Below, one piece after another: positions 40,015-50,807 of a stretch of 64,000 nt of DNA. The notes beneath the pieces are model-generated. The model saw only the letters and a list, made by a program, of their open reading frames with translations, was not told the DNA's origin and did not search any database. The stretch's first letter is position 1. Each line of letters begins with the position of its first letter. The position numbers were made by a program, and so were the translations under genes. Source of the stretch: Hyaloraphidium curvatum SAG 235-1 (taxonomy: Eukaryota; Fungi; Monoblepharomycota); NCBI GenBank assembly GCA_025558095.1, contig JAIVFI010000002.1, positions 682,001-746,000 on the forward strand, in the 5' to 3' direction.

Positions 40015-43000
40015 CTACTCCTCGCCCGCCAGCTCCTCCTCAAGATCGGCCGCCAGCTCATCAAGATCGGCGTCGTCAAAACTCTCGAGGTTGTCCTCCG
40101 GTGGCGCGACGGTGGGAGCTGTCCCAACCGGCTGTACCCGCGACTTCGGAGCCTTCGGCGCCGAGAGCAGGTCTTCCACGTCATCCCCGGTGGCCTCCCA
40201 GACCGTGCCCTTTGGCCGCTCCTTATTCTTGGCCGGTTTCGCTGGCCGCTCTTCCTCCGAGCTGCCGTCCTCGTCCAAGTCGTCCAAAGCGCTGTCCTCG
40301 TCGACGTTGCGCCTCTTTGTTGTGCGCGGACGCTTCGCCCTCCGACGGGGGGCGTCGTTCATATCAATCTCCTTGTCCGCCCTTTCGATGGCTTCCACGT
40401 AGGGATCGCCCTCGTCATCGGGATCGTCCCTAAAATCGCCATAGTCCACATCGTCGGAAAGACGGTCGTCTTCCGGGTCTGCCATGTCTGCCGTGAGGGG
40501 GGCGAAATCGGCCGGCATGGGAAGCGATCTTCGATCGCCCAATCCATCGGGCCGCTGCCGTTTCCGGGCACCGTTGGAGCCGTCCTGCTCCTCATCCAGC
40601 TCGTCTCGGCCCCGTTTCCCTGAGGACGGGGAATCAAGGAAGCCTACGTCCTCCCGGTCCTGCTCCGTGAGCTCGACATCGCTTATGCTCTCTTCCTCCT
40701 CCTCGCCTTCCCCGTCGTCCTCCTCCATCGCTTCCTCCACCTCCCTGTCCATGTCGTTTAGATCGTCCTCGGCAAATGTCATGTGCACCGCGTCCGTCGG
40801 CGAGTGTAGGATGGCCAGGTCCGAGACGCCCTCCCCGTCCGCGTCGTCCTCGTCCTCGGACAGGCTGGCCTGCGGCGCCTTCCTCTCGGCCAGGATAGAG
40901 AGGCGGTTGGGCTTGGCCTCGGCGCCGTCCATTAGGAGGTAGTTTTGCTCAGGCTGCCGTTGGAACGTGTAGACGGAATCGAGCAGCCATTCCGGCTTGA
41001 CGATCCACACGCTGTCAAGGCGCGAGCGCGCTTGGTTGACCTTCATGGTGCCCCTTTTGCCCGCGACGACGTGGGTCAGTTGGTCGTGCACGTCGTTCGA
41101 AACGTTGGCACCATATTGGACGGCGAACTGGTAGTAATCGGACCTGCAACAGGATCAGTTGGCAACGTCGCAGCCATCGCCCGTTGCCGCCCACTTTGTC
41201 GGATCCGTCTGCAGCGGAATCACGCTGGAAAAGAGCAAATCAACCTGCGAGCCCTGTTCAGATGCACCGAGGACGCTGCGCTTTATGGCCGGAATGATCT
41301 CTCGGACGTCGGCCTTGAGCATCTTTGGCGACCTGCCCTTGCTCCCCCGGAGCTGGTCCTGGTCATTCAACTCGTAGAACCTGGTATGGATTTCCGTGAG
41401 AACACGAAGGAGGTGGGGAATGTCCGCGTCGTCGTCCTTCAAAATCTGGCGGTGGCTTGGTGACGTCGGCGAGGGTGGTTTCGCAGCCCCAGTGACCGCC
41501 GGCAGCGTGGTGTCGATGCTGAGCCCTCCTCTGCCGTGCGTGGTTGGCAATGTCTCCGTCTGCTGGTCCGTGACCTGGGGCTCTTCGACGGCCTCCCCTT
41601 CCGATTCTTCCAGCTCCTTGGCGATTTCAGCCAAGGGCCTTCGCCGCACCAGCTCCTCGATCTCGTGCTTCTGCGCCTTGTCCAGCTCGGCAAGGACCTG
41701 ATCGTTCAGAGCTTCGTCGGGAGGCTCCTCCCCGTTCTCCGTGTCGTAGTCCTCCGCGGCCTCTTCTTGCGCAAGCGCCTCGACGGGTCCGCGCTTCTTC
41801 GGCGGCCCCGCTTCTCCTTCCGCGGCTCCCGACGGCTTGCGGGGTGCCAGCTTGGCCTTCGGACTGTCCGATGCCGGAATCTCCCCGCGCTTTGCGGCCT
41901 CGTAGACATGGGCGTTGATGTCGCCAATGCCGACAAAAAAGTCGTACGGGCGGACGCGGATCAGGTTCGGCGGCCACTGCCACACGTCCGCCCGGTCGTC
42001 AACGACAACGACCATAGACTGCTCGTATGGAAACAGCCTAGAAAGTGACTTGTGCAGGAAGCCTGGCAGAACCTGGTTATAGATCGAGCAGTGACACTCA
42101 ACGCGCTCGACACCCACTTCCACTCTCATCGCGACTCAGCACCCTGCCACCGAAAAGCGTTCCCTCCGGGTCCAAAGCTTTCGCCACCGCGTCCGCATAG
42201 CTGCGGGTGCCCATGGTATAGATGTGCAGCTCGTACATCTTGCGGACCTGCTGGAGAAAGTGCTGGAGGTGCGGTCTCGGTTTGACGTAGTAGACCGTGT
42301 TGAGATCGTTCGGGAGCGTGAATGTATAAACGTCCTGTAGAAGGCGCGTCGCCTCTGAGTATCGGCGGGTCCGATTGGCAGGTCTGGCCACACCTTGAGA
42401 GACTCGTTGTTGGGGTTCGACGGGTCGGTCATCCACTCCCCAACAGTGGGATCCACGGTGGCGTGAATCACCGTCTGGTCGAGATCCAACACCAAGGTAA
42501 GCTTCCGCGCTCGGAGGAGCCTGTCCACATCGCTCTTGTCGAGCTTCTGTGCCTCCGACGCGGACACCGTCAGCCCCAGCAGGTTGTGGGTGATGGGAAT
42601 CGTCGCCCTCGCAGTGTCTGCATGTCCCGAAAAGTCCATGCTGCGGAGCACCGCCATCAGAACTCGCGAAATGGGTTGGAAGAGGAATAGAGGTGCCGCA
42701 CCGGGTCATGTCCTTCCCGCAGACGGCGCACATCCCATTCAGCTGGATCGCGTGGGCACAGGGTTCGAGAATGACGAGCACAGTTTGTCTGGAGAGCAAA
42801 GTCCGGGCGGAAACGCGTCACTCCGATGTGCTGGAGCGATTCTCCGTGGTGGGAGCACTCACTTCTTGTCCGTGACCACGTCGCCGGGCTGTACTCGAAC
42901 ATCGACGATGCGACCTTCGCCGGGGCTGCGCAGCTCGTGAAATAGCGCGTCGTGCCGCGTCACGCGCTCGCCGTCGGGGCCGAGCTCGTGGGCAGTGATG

Positions 43001-43122
43001 GGCTGCTCGTAGGCGAGGAGAACCGTATCTCGCTTGACCTCGGCCCCGGGTTTCATCTTGATTGCGATAATGGTGGCCGGGAGGTGACTCCCGGGGATAT
43101 GGAGCTCCCGCGAGGACTCCAT
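40015..43122 (-). CDS. FCP1: RNA polymerase II CTD phosphatase (multi-exon)
   Basis: LVLDLDQTVIHAT, YELHIYTMGTR.YA, VDDRADVW and BRCT (THVVA..GT.KV..WL) motifs. Confidence 0.95.
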
Positions 43123-43252
43123 GGCCACGGGAGCGCGTCGGGGAATGTCGGTGACTCGGAGTCGCGGCCAACCGCCACCACTCGTCACCATCTCCTCCCC
43201 AGGACCCCAGTACTAGTAGCGACGATCCCAAAACTATCGACACCGCGTATAG

Positions 43253-45220
43253 TCATGGTCGATTCACAATACAGAAACCATAGACAAGCGTTGCAGTGCC
43301 GATCATTGTGACCAGCAGCGGCAACGGTACTGATCGAGATCCCGTCGACGGTCTTGAGGTCGAAGCGCCCGCAGTGGATCTGAAGGCAGTAGAGGCAGTC
43401 GTGCTCGCCGTCGGCGAAGGTGTCCGTGTGGATGCGGCGGTACCAAGGACCGTGGTCGCAGATGGGGCAGTCGTGCTCGCCGTCGGCGGAGGCGTCCGGG
43501 TCGATGCGGGGGTGCCAAGGGCCGTGGTCGAAAACGGCAACGTGACTGTCACCAGAGGTCCCGGCTGCTGGCAAGCCAGCGTGTGTCCCGTGAGGTCCCG
43601 GCTGGTGTTGCAGAAGAAATAAGCAGAATCCTTGAAGGTCCTCGTGGAGTTGTTGTCGAAGTCTACGTGCACCAGGCCGAATCGAACGCTCAGACCCAGT
43701 TTCCATTCAAGGTTGTCATAGCAAGACCAAGCGTAGAATCCGCGGACGTCCACGTTGTCGATTTCGACCGCCTCCCGCAAAGCCTGCAGGTGGCTGCGCA
43801 GAAACTCGATCCTCGCCGCATCCTTCAGCCGCTGCTCGATCGGCAAGGAGCTTTCGTTCACGCCGGCGTAACCGTTCTCTGTCACGAGGAAGTACGGAGG
43901 GGAGTACGTGTCCCGCAGATACCTCAGGCCCTTCCGCAGCCCTGGTGCATAAGCAAAGAAGAACGGGTGGCCCGTAGCGGGGCCGATCAGGGATCCGTTG
44001 CGCGCCGTGACGGTACTTCCGCTGCAAGATGGATACCAGCCGTTGGCTTTCGTGCAATCAGCCCCCTTCAGCGTGTCATAGGCGTAACTGGACGTATAGT
44101 AGTCCCTGCCTTGCAGCGTTAGGCGTTCTGGATTGAGCACATGACGGGATCCATGTCTCACCAGGCGTAAAAGTCGGAAGAGCCCTTGATGTCTGCGATT
44201 TCGTCCGAGGTGAAGGACGGAAGGTCGCTGCCCATAGTCTGCCTCATCTCCTGCGGGTAGTCTCCCAGGAAGATTGGATTTGCGAACCATCCGATCTGTA
44301 AATACATCAGAGTCCGGTCTGCACATCGCGCTGCCAAATCGGCTCACGTTGAAGACGAGCTGGCGCCGAGCAGCTTCCGCGTCCGCCGCTGAATTCGTCA
44401 GGGGTTCGTTGAACTCGCCGTCAAGCACGATGCCGATCCGCACGTTCGGGAACTGCGCGGCAAACTCCCGTCTCCATATCTTCACTGCCGCCGCGTGCGC
44501 CAACAGCGCGTGGTGGCCGCAGACGTAGGGCTCCGTCAGGGAATCGCCTTCCTTGCACAGGGATCTGTCGCTGCACCGAAGCGGCGGCGAGTCACCCCAC
44601 ATGTAGCCACCCGAGCAGAATGTCCGCGGCTCATTCATGGTAACCCATGCCGACACACCCTCCTTTGTGAGTTCCGAGAACAAGGTCCGCGCGTAGCGCG
44701 CAAACGGCTCGATGACGGCCGATCGATTCAACCATCCGCCGTGAGCCTGGAGAGCGGAAGGAAGCTCCCAGTGGTACACTGTGGCCTGCACGCGCAGCCC
44801 ATTCTTCCGCAGCTCGCGAATTAGGTTCACGTAGAAGTTAAGACCCGGCTCGTTCACTGTCCCGGTTCCGGTTGGAAATATGCGGGTCCACGAGATCGTC
44901 AGGCTGTACGTGTTGGCTCCGAGCTCGCGGAAGAGCCTCGCGTCCTCCGCCCAGCGGTAGTAGTGCTGAGCGACGGTCTCTCCGTCGCTGCCATCTTGAA
45001 TATGGCCGGCGGAGACGAAGTCGTCCCATATGCTCCGTCCCCGACCATCTGCCGAGGTTGCCCCCTCAATCTGAAACGCAGAAGTCGCGCAACCGAACGC
45101 AAAGTCCGCAGGCGGGAACGGCGCCGCGTCCGCCGCAGAGAGCAACACTGCAGCAGCAAGTCCGATGAGTCCCAGAACATTGCCGCTCCTGCCGCGAAAG
45201 CGCGTCGCCATTCGTTGCAT
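43253..45220 (-). CDS. Secreted GH1 beta-glucosidase with Ser/Thr-rich tail and hydrophobic C-terminus
   Basis: FGCATSAFQIEG, TMNEP, VTENG, WS..DNLEW and RFGL motifs; two short introns near 44110-44350. Confidence 0.93.
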   Translation of the reverse strand: MQRMATRFRGRSGNVLGLIGLAAAVLLSAADAAPFPPADFAFGCATSAFQIEGATSADGRGRSIWDDFVSAGHIQDGSDGETVAQHYYRWAEDARLFRELGANTYSLTISWTRIFPTGTGTVNEPGLNFYVNLIRELRKNGLRVQATVYHWELPSALQAHGGWLNRSAVIEPFARYARTLFSELTKEGVSAWVTMNEPRTFCSGGYMWGDSPPLRCSDRSLCKEGDSLTEPYVCGHHALLAHAAAVKIWRREFAAQFPNVRIGIVLDGEFNEPLTNSAADAEAARRQLVFNVSRFGSAMCRPDSDVFTDRMVRKSNLPGRLPAGDEADYGQRPSVLHLGRNRRHQGLFRLLRLVRHGSRHVLNPERLTLQGRDYYTSSYAYDTLKGADCTKANGWYPSCSGSTVTARNGSLIGPATGHPFFFAYAPGLRKGLRYLRDTYSPPYFLVTENGYAGVNESSLPIEQRLKDAARIEFLRSHLQALREAVEIDNVDVRGFYAWSCYDNLEWKLGLSVRFGLVHVDFDNNSTRTFKDSAYFFCNTSRDLTGHTLACQQPGPLVTVTLPFSTTALGTPASTRTPPPTASTTAPSATTVLGTAASTRTPSPTASTTASTAFRSTAGASTSRPSTGSRSVPLPLLVTMIGTATLVYGFCIVNRP

Positions 45221-45536
45221 GCTACCCCAAAGCCCGCATACAGAACGCGTGTCACCGTGTGAGCGGGCGGGGTTGACTGCCCGATCGATTGACTCGATCC
45301 CCCATCCCGTCAACGCCGCGCGCTGTTTCGTGGCGCCGTTGTCTGCTGCCGCGACTGTAGGTTGTGCTCCGTGGCGGGCGATTCGCATTGGACGCAGTGG
45401 GACTGAGCCGATGTCTCCCACGCCGTGGGCTCTTGCTTCCGCCTCTGTTCCACCTCTTCACATCTTCACGCTGGCCGCTCTCTTTCCTGCGAAGCTAGCT
45501 TCCTTCCCCTGTTCCGCCGCACTACCGTTCCAAGTT

Positions 45537-46632
45537 ATGCCCCTCCAGTCCAAGGAGCTCGTGGCCGCCGCGCCAACACTGGCGACGAAGCTTTACGCCG
45601 CCGTGTTAACGAGGCTGCTCCCGCTCGGAGAGAAATGGGCCTTTGCCGGCCTCATTACGGTGTACCACACATTCCTCGTGTTTGCACCCGTCAACGCATT
45701 GCTCTTCCTGATAGACCACAAGGGCTGGCTCGAGCGGTACGACTGCGATTGGCTTCTCCAACACCACTGAACTTCAGCTTCTGCATTTTCGTAGCTATCG
45801 CATCCAGCCCGCGAAGTACCCGCCCAAAGAGCTGATTCTGCAGGCCCTGCGGGACGTTTCGCTTTCGCACCTGTTCATCAGCCCGCTGCTTGCCGGCATC
45901 GTGCTTTACCCCATTTTCAAGTCAAGGATGGTTCCGCTCGCCGAGAGCCTGACCAAGTACCCGTCGTGGAAGGAGTTCCTGACCCAGTTCGCCGCCTTCA
46001 TTGCGATTGAGGACACGCTCTTCTACTGGAGTCACCGTCTTCTCCACACAAAGTACCTCTACGGTAATGTCTCCCCGATTCCGTGAGTCGTGCACCCAGC
46101 TGATCTTGCAAAACTGCAGCCAAAATCCACAAGCAGCACCGTTCGTGTTATCCTTGTGCTTGCCTGTGTTGCCGACCGTGCTAATCTAGTCCACCTGCAG
46201 ACAAGTTCAAGCAGAACGTGGGCATTGCCAGCGAATGGGCAAACCCAATCGAATCGCTGCTCGGCAACACCCTGCCCACTATGATCGGTCCCCTGATCAT
46301 GAAGAGCCATCCCTTCACTACCATGAGCTGGATCGCTTACAGGGTGCTTGAGACGATCAACGCGCACTCCGGCTACGACATTCCGATTATCCCGTTCAAT
46401 TGGTGGCCATCCGGAGGCGCTGCTCGTCACGACCATCATCACCGGTGTGTGCGATGAGGAGCTAGCAAACCGACGTCAATAACGCTACGCCTCAAGGGTG
46501 AACGTGGGCAGTTTCGGCAGCCAGACGGTATTCTGGGATGCTATTTGCGGCACGGATGCATCTTTCCGCGAAAGCCAGAAGCGCAAGGCCGAGGGGAAGC
46601 CCGATCTGGATATGGGGCCCGTGGACGACTGA
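45537..46632 (+). CDS. Sterol desaturase / C-4 methylsterol oxidase-like (fatty acid hydroxylase superfamily), multi-exon
   Basis: His boxes HRLLH, HKQHH and HDHHH; AHSGYD motif. Confidence 0.9.
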
Positions 46633-46646
46633 ACAACTCTGTATTT

Positions 46647-47519
46647 CTATTCATTCTTCTCTTGTATGGTTTCTTTTCTTCCAAACAGATCAGGCAACAG
46701 CTCGTGAACCGTTTCGTAGTCGCAGGCATCGATGATGTGGTCCGCGAACGGGAATCTCGCCCTGAGCATGCGCTCCTCGTCCTGGGTGATCTTGGCAGGG
46801 GAAACATGCGGTGCGAGAGCAGGATGTGGTCCGTTTTCACTGTCCCCAAGGAGCGCCAGGTGTCTGCCTCCCGTCACCCACACGGTACGGAGCCCCAGCT
46901 GTTTCGCGGCTTTGAGGTTCGTTGGGCTGTCCTCGAAGAAGATACACCGCCAGCGGGCGCCGGTACTGCCCTCATCGTCCCCAACTGCCAGACCGATTTT
47001 CTTGAACACCTTTTCGAACGCCTCCTTGGCCGGCTTGGCCACCTGGTCTCCCAGGAAGAACGCCCCGAAGACGCCATCGAACAGCCTGTCGGCCATTCCG
47101 GGTCCGAGGATGCAGTCCAGAGCCACCCTGGCATTGGTCTCGTCGGCATTCGTAAAGACGTACATCCCGCGCGTGCTTCCGGCCTCGCGGAGAGACCGCA
47201 GCAGCTTCTCCACGCCCGGATCACGCTTGAGGAACCGCGCCTGCTCCTCCGGCGTGCCCCGGATGAAGTCCCAATACTCCTGGAGATCGAAATCGGTCCG
47301 TCCGAGGCCGCCAGCGGACACGGGCGACCTCAAACCCCTTTGCGTTTGGCCGAAGATGGAGAAGAGCCGCTGCTGTTCCGCGACAACGCGTTCGCGCTCC
47401 ACGCCCAGGCGCTCCACCATGAAATCGTAAATCCGCCGGAGAACAAAGGCCTCGTAGCCCGTAGAATGGTGGTAAAGCGTCCCATCGAGGTCGAAGAGCA
47501 AGATTTGGCCCACCGACAT
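46647..47519 (-). CDS. HAD-family pyrimidine 5'-nucleotidase (SDT1-like)
   Basis: FDLDGTLY, FTNA, KP and FFEDS..NL motifs. Confidence 0.88.
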   Translation of the reverse strand: MSVGQILLFDLDGTLYHHSTGYEAFVLRRIYDFMVERLGVERERVVAEQQRLFSIFGQTQRGLRSPVSAGGLGRTDFDLQEYWDFIRGTPEEQARFLKRDPGVEKLLRSLREAGSTRGMYVFTNADETNARVALDCILGPGMADRLFDGVFGAFFLGDQVAKPAKEAFEKVFKKIGLAVGDDEGSTGARWRCIFFEDSPTNLKAAKQLGLRTVWVTGGRHLALLGDSENGPHPALAPHVSPAKITQDEERMLRARFPFADHIIDACDYETVHELLPDLFGRKETIQEKNE

Positions 47520-47621
47520 GGTTGGGGGACGCGAGCGGAGTGGTGATTCGCGCTGTTCCCAGCCCGTTTGCCCTTTTCCATCCCAGCAACCAGTTCCCGG
47601 CCATCGCGGACCGTGGCAACT

Positions 47622-49454
47622 ATGGCAGCCCTGGCGGCGGTCGTGGCACTGGCCGCGCTGCTCGTCCCGTCCCCCGCGATTGCCGCGAGCCTGCTAGAGA
47701 CGCCGATGATGGGCTGGTCGTCGTGGTGCGTTCGCCCGCAGCAGATGAGCGGAAAGCGTCCGCTGAACGCCGCATCGCCTCAGGAATACCTTCGAGTGCA
47801 AGATATCGGAGGGGCTCATCCGCGAGTCGGCGCAGGCCATGGTGGACCGCGGGTTCCTGGCGGCCGGGTACAACTACGTCAACGTGGGTTCCATTCACGG
47901 TCGCCTGGCCATTGAACGGGGCCTGTCGTGCCTCGTGAACCCCGGGGCGGCGACACCGGACCGAGAATGAATTTGCAGCCGGGAGAGGGTTGATGTTGCG
48001 CGATTCGTGTCGGGCTGACGAACGGCTCCTCCCAGATTGACGACTGCTGGGCCGCCGCCACGCGGGAACCCGCCAAGCCCGGTGCGAACAAGCTCGGTCC
48101 GATCCAGTGGGACCCCGTGACGTTCCCCTCGGGCCCCGCGCTGGCCTCGGAAATCCACGGCCGGGGTTTCAAGCTGGGCATCTATTCGTCCGCGGGCATC
48201 GGGACCTGTGCAGGCCGCACCGGGTCGCTCTGGCACGAGGACGAGGACGCGGCCAAGTTCGCCGAGTGGGGCGTCGACTTTCTAAAGTACGACAACTGCG
48301 ACGAGCCGACGCCGGACGGGTGGACTTTCCCGCTGCCGCCCAACAACGGCATCGGGCCCGAGGAACGGTTCGGCCGGATGGGTCGCGCGCTCCGGGACGT
48401 TGCCAATTCGACGGGAAAGCACATTGTCTACGGTATGTGTGCCTGGGGCTTCTACAAGGTTCGTGCCTTGTCCTTCTCGGTTCGCAGCTTTCGAAAGCCT
48501 CCTTACGGATCTCCGCCCACACAGGAATGGGAATGGGCGAGCGAGAAAGTCCTGGCGAGCAAGTGGCGGATCCAGGAGGACATTGGTTTCTGTTGGGACT
48601 ACCCCTGCCGCAAGATGCCCGTCCTCGCCATCTGGGACCGGCTGGCGTCGCTCCCCGCGTCGGGCGCCGACTACGCGTCGCCCACGCGCGGCTTCAACGA
48701 CCTTGATATGCTCGCGGTCGGCGTGCCGACGACCAGCATGACGCTGACCGAGGAGCGGAGCCACTTCTCCATGTGGGCGGTGGTCAAGAGCCCCCTCGTG
48801 CTCGGCTGCGACGTACGCACGGTGGACGAGGCGCGGCGGACGCTGCTCACCAACGCCGAGGTGATCGCGGTGAACCAGGACCCGCTGGGCCAGCCCGCGC
48901 GGCGGGTATTTTCCGAGGGCGGCGTGGAGATCTGGGCGGGGGCGCTGTCGGGCAACGCGGCGGTGGCGATGCTGCTGAACCGGAACGACGGGCCGGCAGC
49001 GGTCACGCTGGACTTTGCGGCGCACCTGTCGCAGATCCCGACGGGCTTTGCGCGGTCGGCTGGGGACGAGTACCGGCTGCGGGATCTCTGGCAGTTCCGG
49101 GACCTGGGGCTCGTCAAGGGGCGGTACCAGGCGACGGTCGAGCCGCACGGCGTGGCAGTGCTGCGGATCTCGCAGCCGGGCGGGCAGACGGCCCCGGTGT
49201 CGTCCGCGGCTTCGAACGCGACGGCCTCTGCGGTCCGCCCCTCGACCGCCTCCGCGATCAGGACCACGACGGTCCCTGCGGCTGCGAGCACGAGCGCCAC
49301 CCTGGCGATCGTGAGCGCTACCACCGGCGCTCCGGCTGCCTCGACGACGCAGGCTGCGGCGCCGACCTCGGCGCCCAGCGGTGCCGGCCGTGTGGCGGCG
49401 GCGGTCGGAGGGATGTTCGCTGCTGTCGCAGCGATCGCGGCGGTGGTGGCGTGA
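47622..49454 (+). CDS. GH27 alpha-galactosidase, secreted and probably GPI-anchored, multi-exon
   Basis: Signal peptide; TPMMGWSSWN, IDDCW, DFLKYDNC, NDLDML and IAVNQD motifs; Ser/Thr tail and hydrophobic end. Confidence 0.93.
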
Positions 49455-49769
49455 AGGCAACTATTTCATGGGCAGAACTCTGCGACTATGTCACTCTATA
49501 GCTATTGCTAATTCATTGGAATCCGGAGCGACCCATTTGTTGCGGTTCCGCGCGTCGTGGATTTGGACGCGCGCCCCACCGCCGGCCCCGCCCCCCCGCA
49601 CCCCGGTCCCCCAACCCATCCCGCCACTCGTGCAAGCAGGGCAGCGTCCGTTTATCACTACAAAGGACGGATCCGGTCCCATGATGCTACATTCGGGGCC
49701 CCGGGCCGCTCCGGCCGCTCCCGGCCGAGCACTGCGCGAGTCCCGGGATGCCAGCTACCACCGGAAGCG

Positions 49770-50621
49770 CTACACCTTCGCCTTTGGCGGATCGTTCATG
49801 CTCAGCCCCTCGCTCGACAGCCCGACCTGCTCCCTGTACCACTCCTTCCCCTTGTCGGCGTCCAGCAGCGTCCCGACCACGAACGCGGCCATGTCCGCCG
49901 CCGAGACGCCGGTGCCGCCCGTCGGCACGCCCTTGGCCGTCTTGAGCTTGTTCGTGGCCGGAACTCCGTAGACCATGGGGGGGCAGAGCATCGTCCAGTC
50001 GAGGTCCGTCTTTTCGGCGAGCTCCAGGATCATGCAGTGCTCCTGGTTGTGCTTCACGAGGCTGAAAGTGGGCGGAAGCCGGGAAACGCGGAGAGGACAA
50101 GGGGAAGGGGAAGGGAAGACAAAGAAGGAGAGGGAGCAGGAAGAAGGAGAGGGAGAAGGAGAAGAAGGAGATGGGGTCAAGGGCGGGACGGGTCGGCCGG
50201 CCAACAAAGAAACCCACTGCTTCGGGTACTTCGGCGTCTGCCACAGCCGCGTGTTTGGATCCTTGGGCAGCTTGAGCGCGCCCGCGCCGCCCCAGAAGAG
50301 CAGCCGCCTGTTGCCGCTCGCCTTGAGCGCGTCGACAAGATGACCGAAATGCCTCTTCCTTCGGTCGATGTCCTGGTCGTTGAGTGCCGCCACCACGCCG
50401 TCCTTGCCCGCGGCCACCACCCTGCGGACCTTTTCCACGTCGTCCATGTCGCCCTCTACCACGGTCAGGCGCGAATCTGCGCGCACGTCGGCGGGCAGCT
50501 TGGAGGGCGAGCGGACGAGCGCGGTGACGGCGGCGCCGGCCGAGGGTCGCAGGAGTTCCTGCAGGATGGCCGAGCCGACGTTGCCGGTTGCTCCGAAGAG
50601 CGCGATGCTGCGCGGCGCCAT
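49770..50621 (-). CDS. NAD(P)H-binding flavin reductase-like (atypical SDR) protein; one pyrimidine-rich intron about 50063-50213
   Basis: GATGNVG, GGAGAL, LDWTMLCP and VSAADMA motifs. Confidence 0.85.
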   Translation of the reverse strand: MAPRSIALFGATGNVGSAILQELLRPSAGAAVTALVRSPSKLPADVRADSRLTVVEGDMDDVEKVRRVVAAGKDGVVAALNDQDIDRRKRHFGHLVDALKASGNRRLLFWGGAGALKLPKDPNTRLWQTPKYPKQWVSLLAGRPVPPLTPSPSSPSPSPSSCSLSFFVFPSPSPCPLRVSRLPPTFSLVKHNQEHCMILELAEKTDLDWTMLCPPMVYGVPATNKLKTAKGVPTGGTGVSAADMAAFVVGTLLDADKGKEWYREQVGLSSEGLSMNDPPKAKV

Positions 50622-50807
50622 TGTTCCGGGTGGGAGACCTTTGCTACTGTGTCGCTGCGGCTTTGAACGTGCGCGGTCGATCCCTTCCGCACTTCCCGAT
50701 CGTCCGTCGGCGGCGAGCCGCGGAGTTCCCGTCCAGCATGGCGTCTGCCTGCTAAGGCGGCGCGGGTCAGCGGGGCAGTGCCCCACGCCGTGCCGCCGGA
50801 CTTTGCC

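Noticed and set aside
50090-50180. Purine/pyrimidine-rich tract as a coding repeat
   Set aside because: It lies in a probable intron of the reductase gene and is simple low-complexity sequence.
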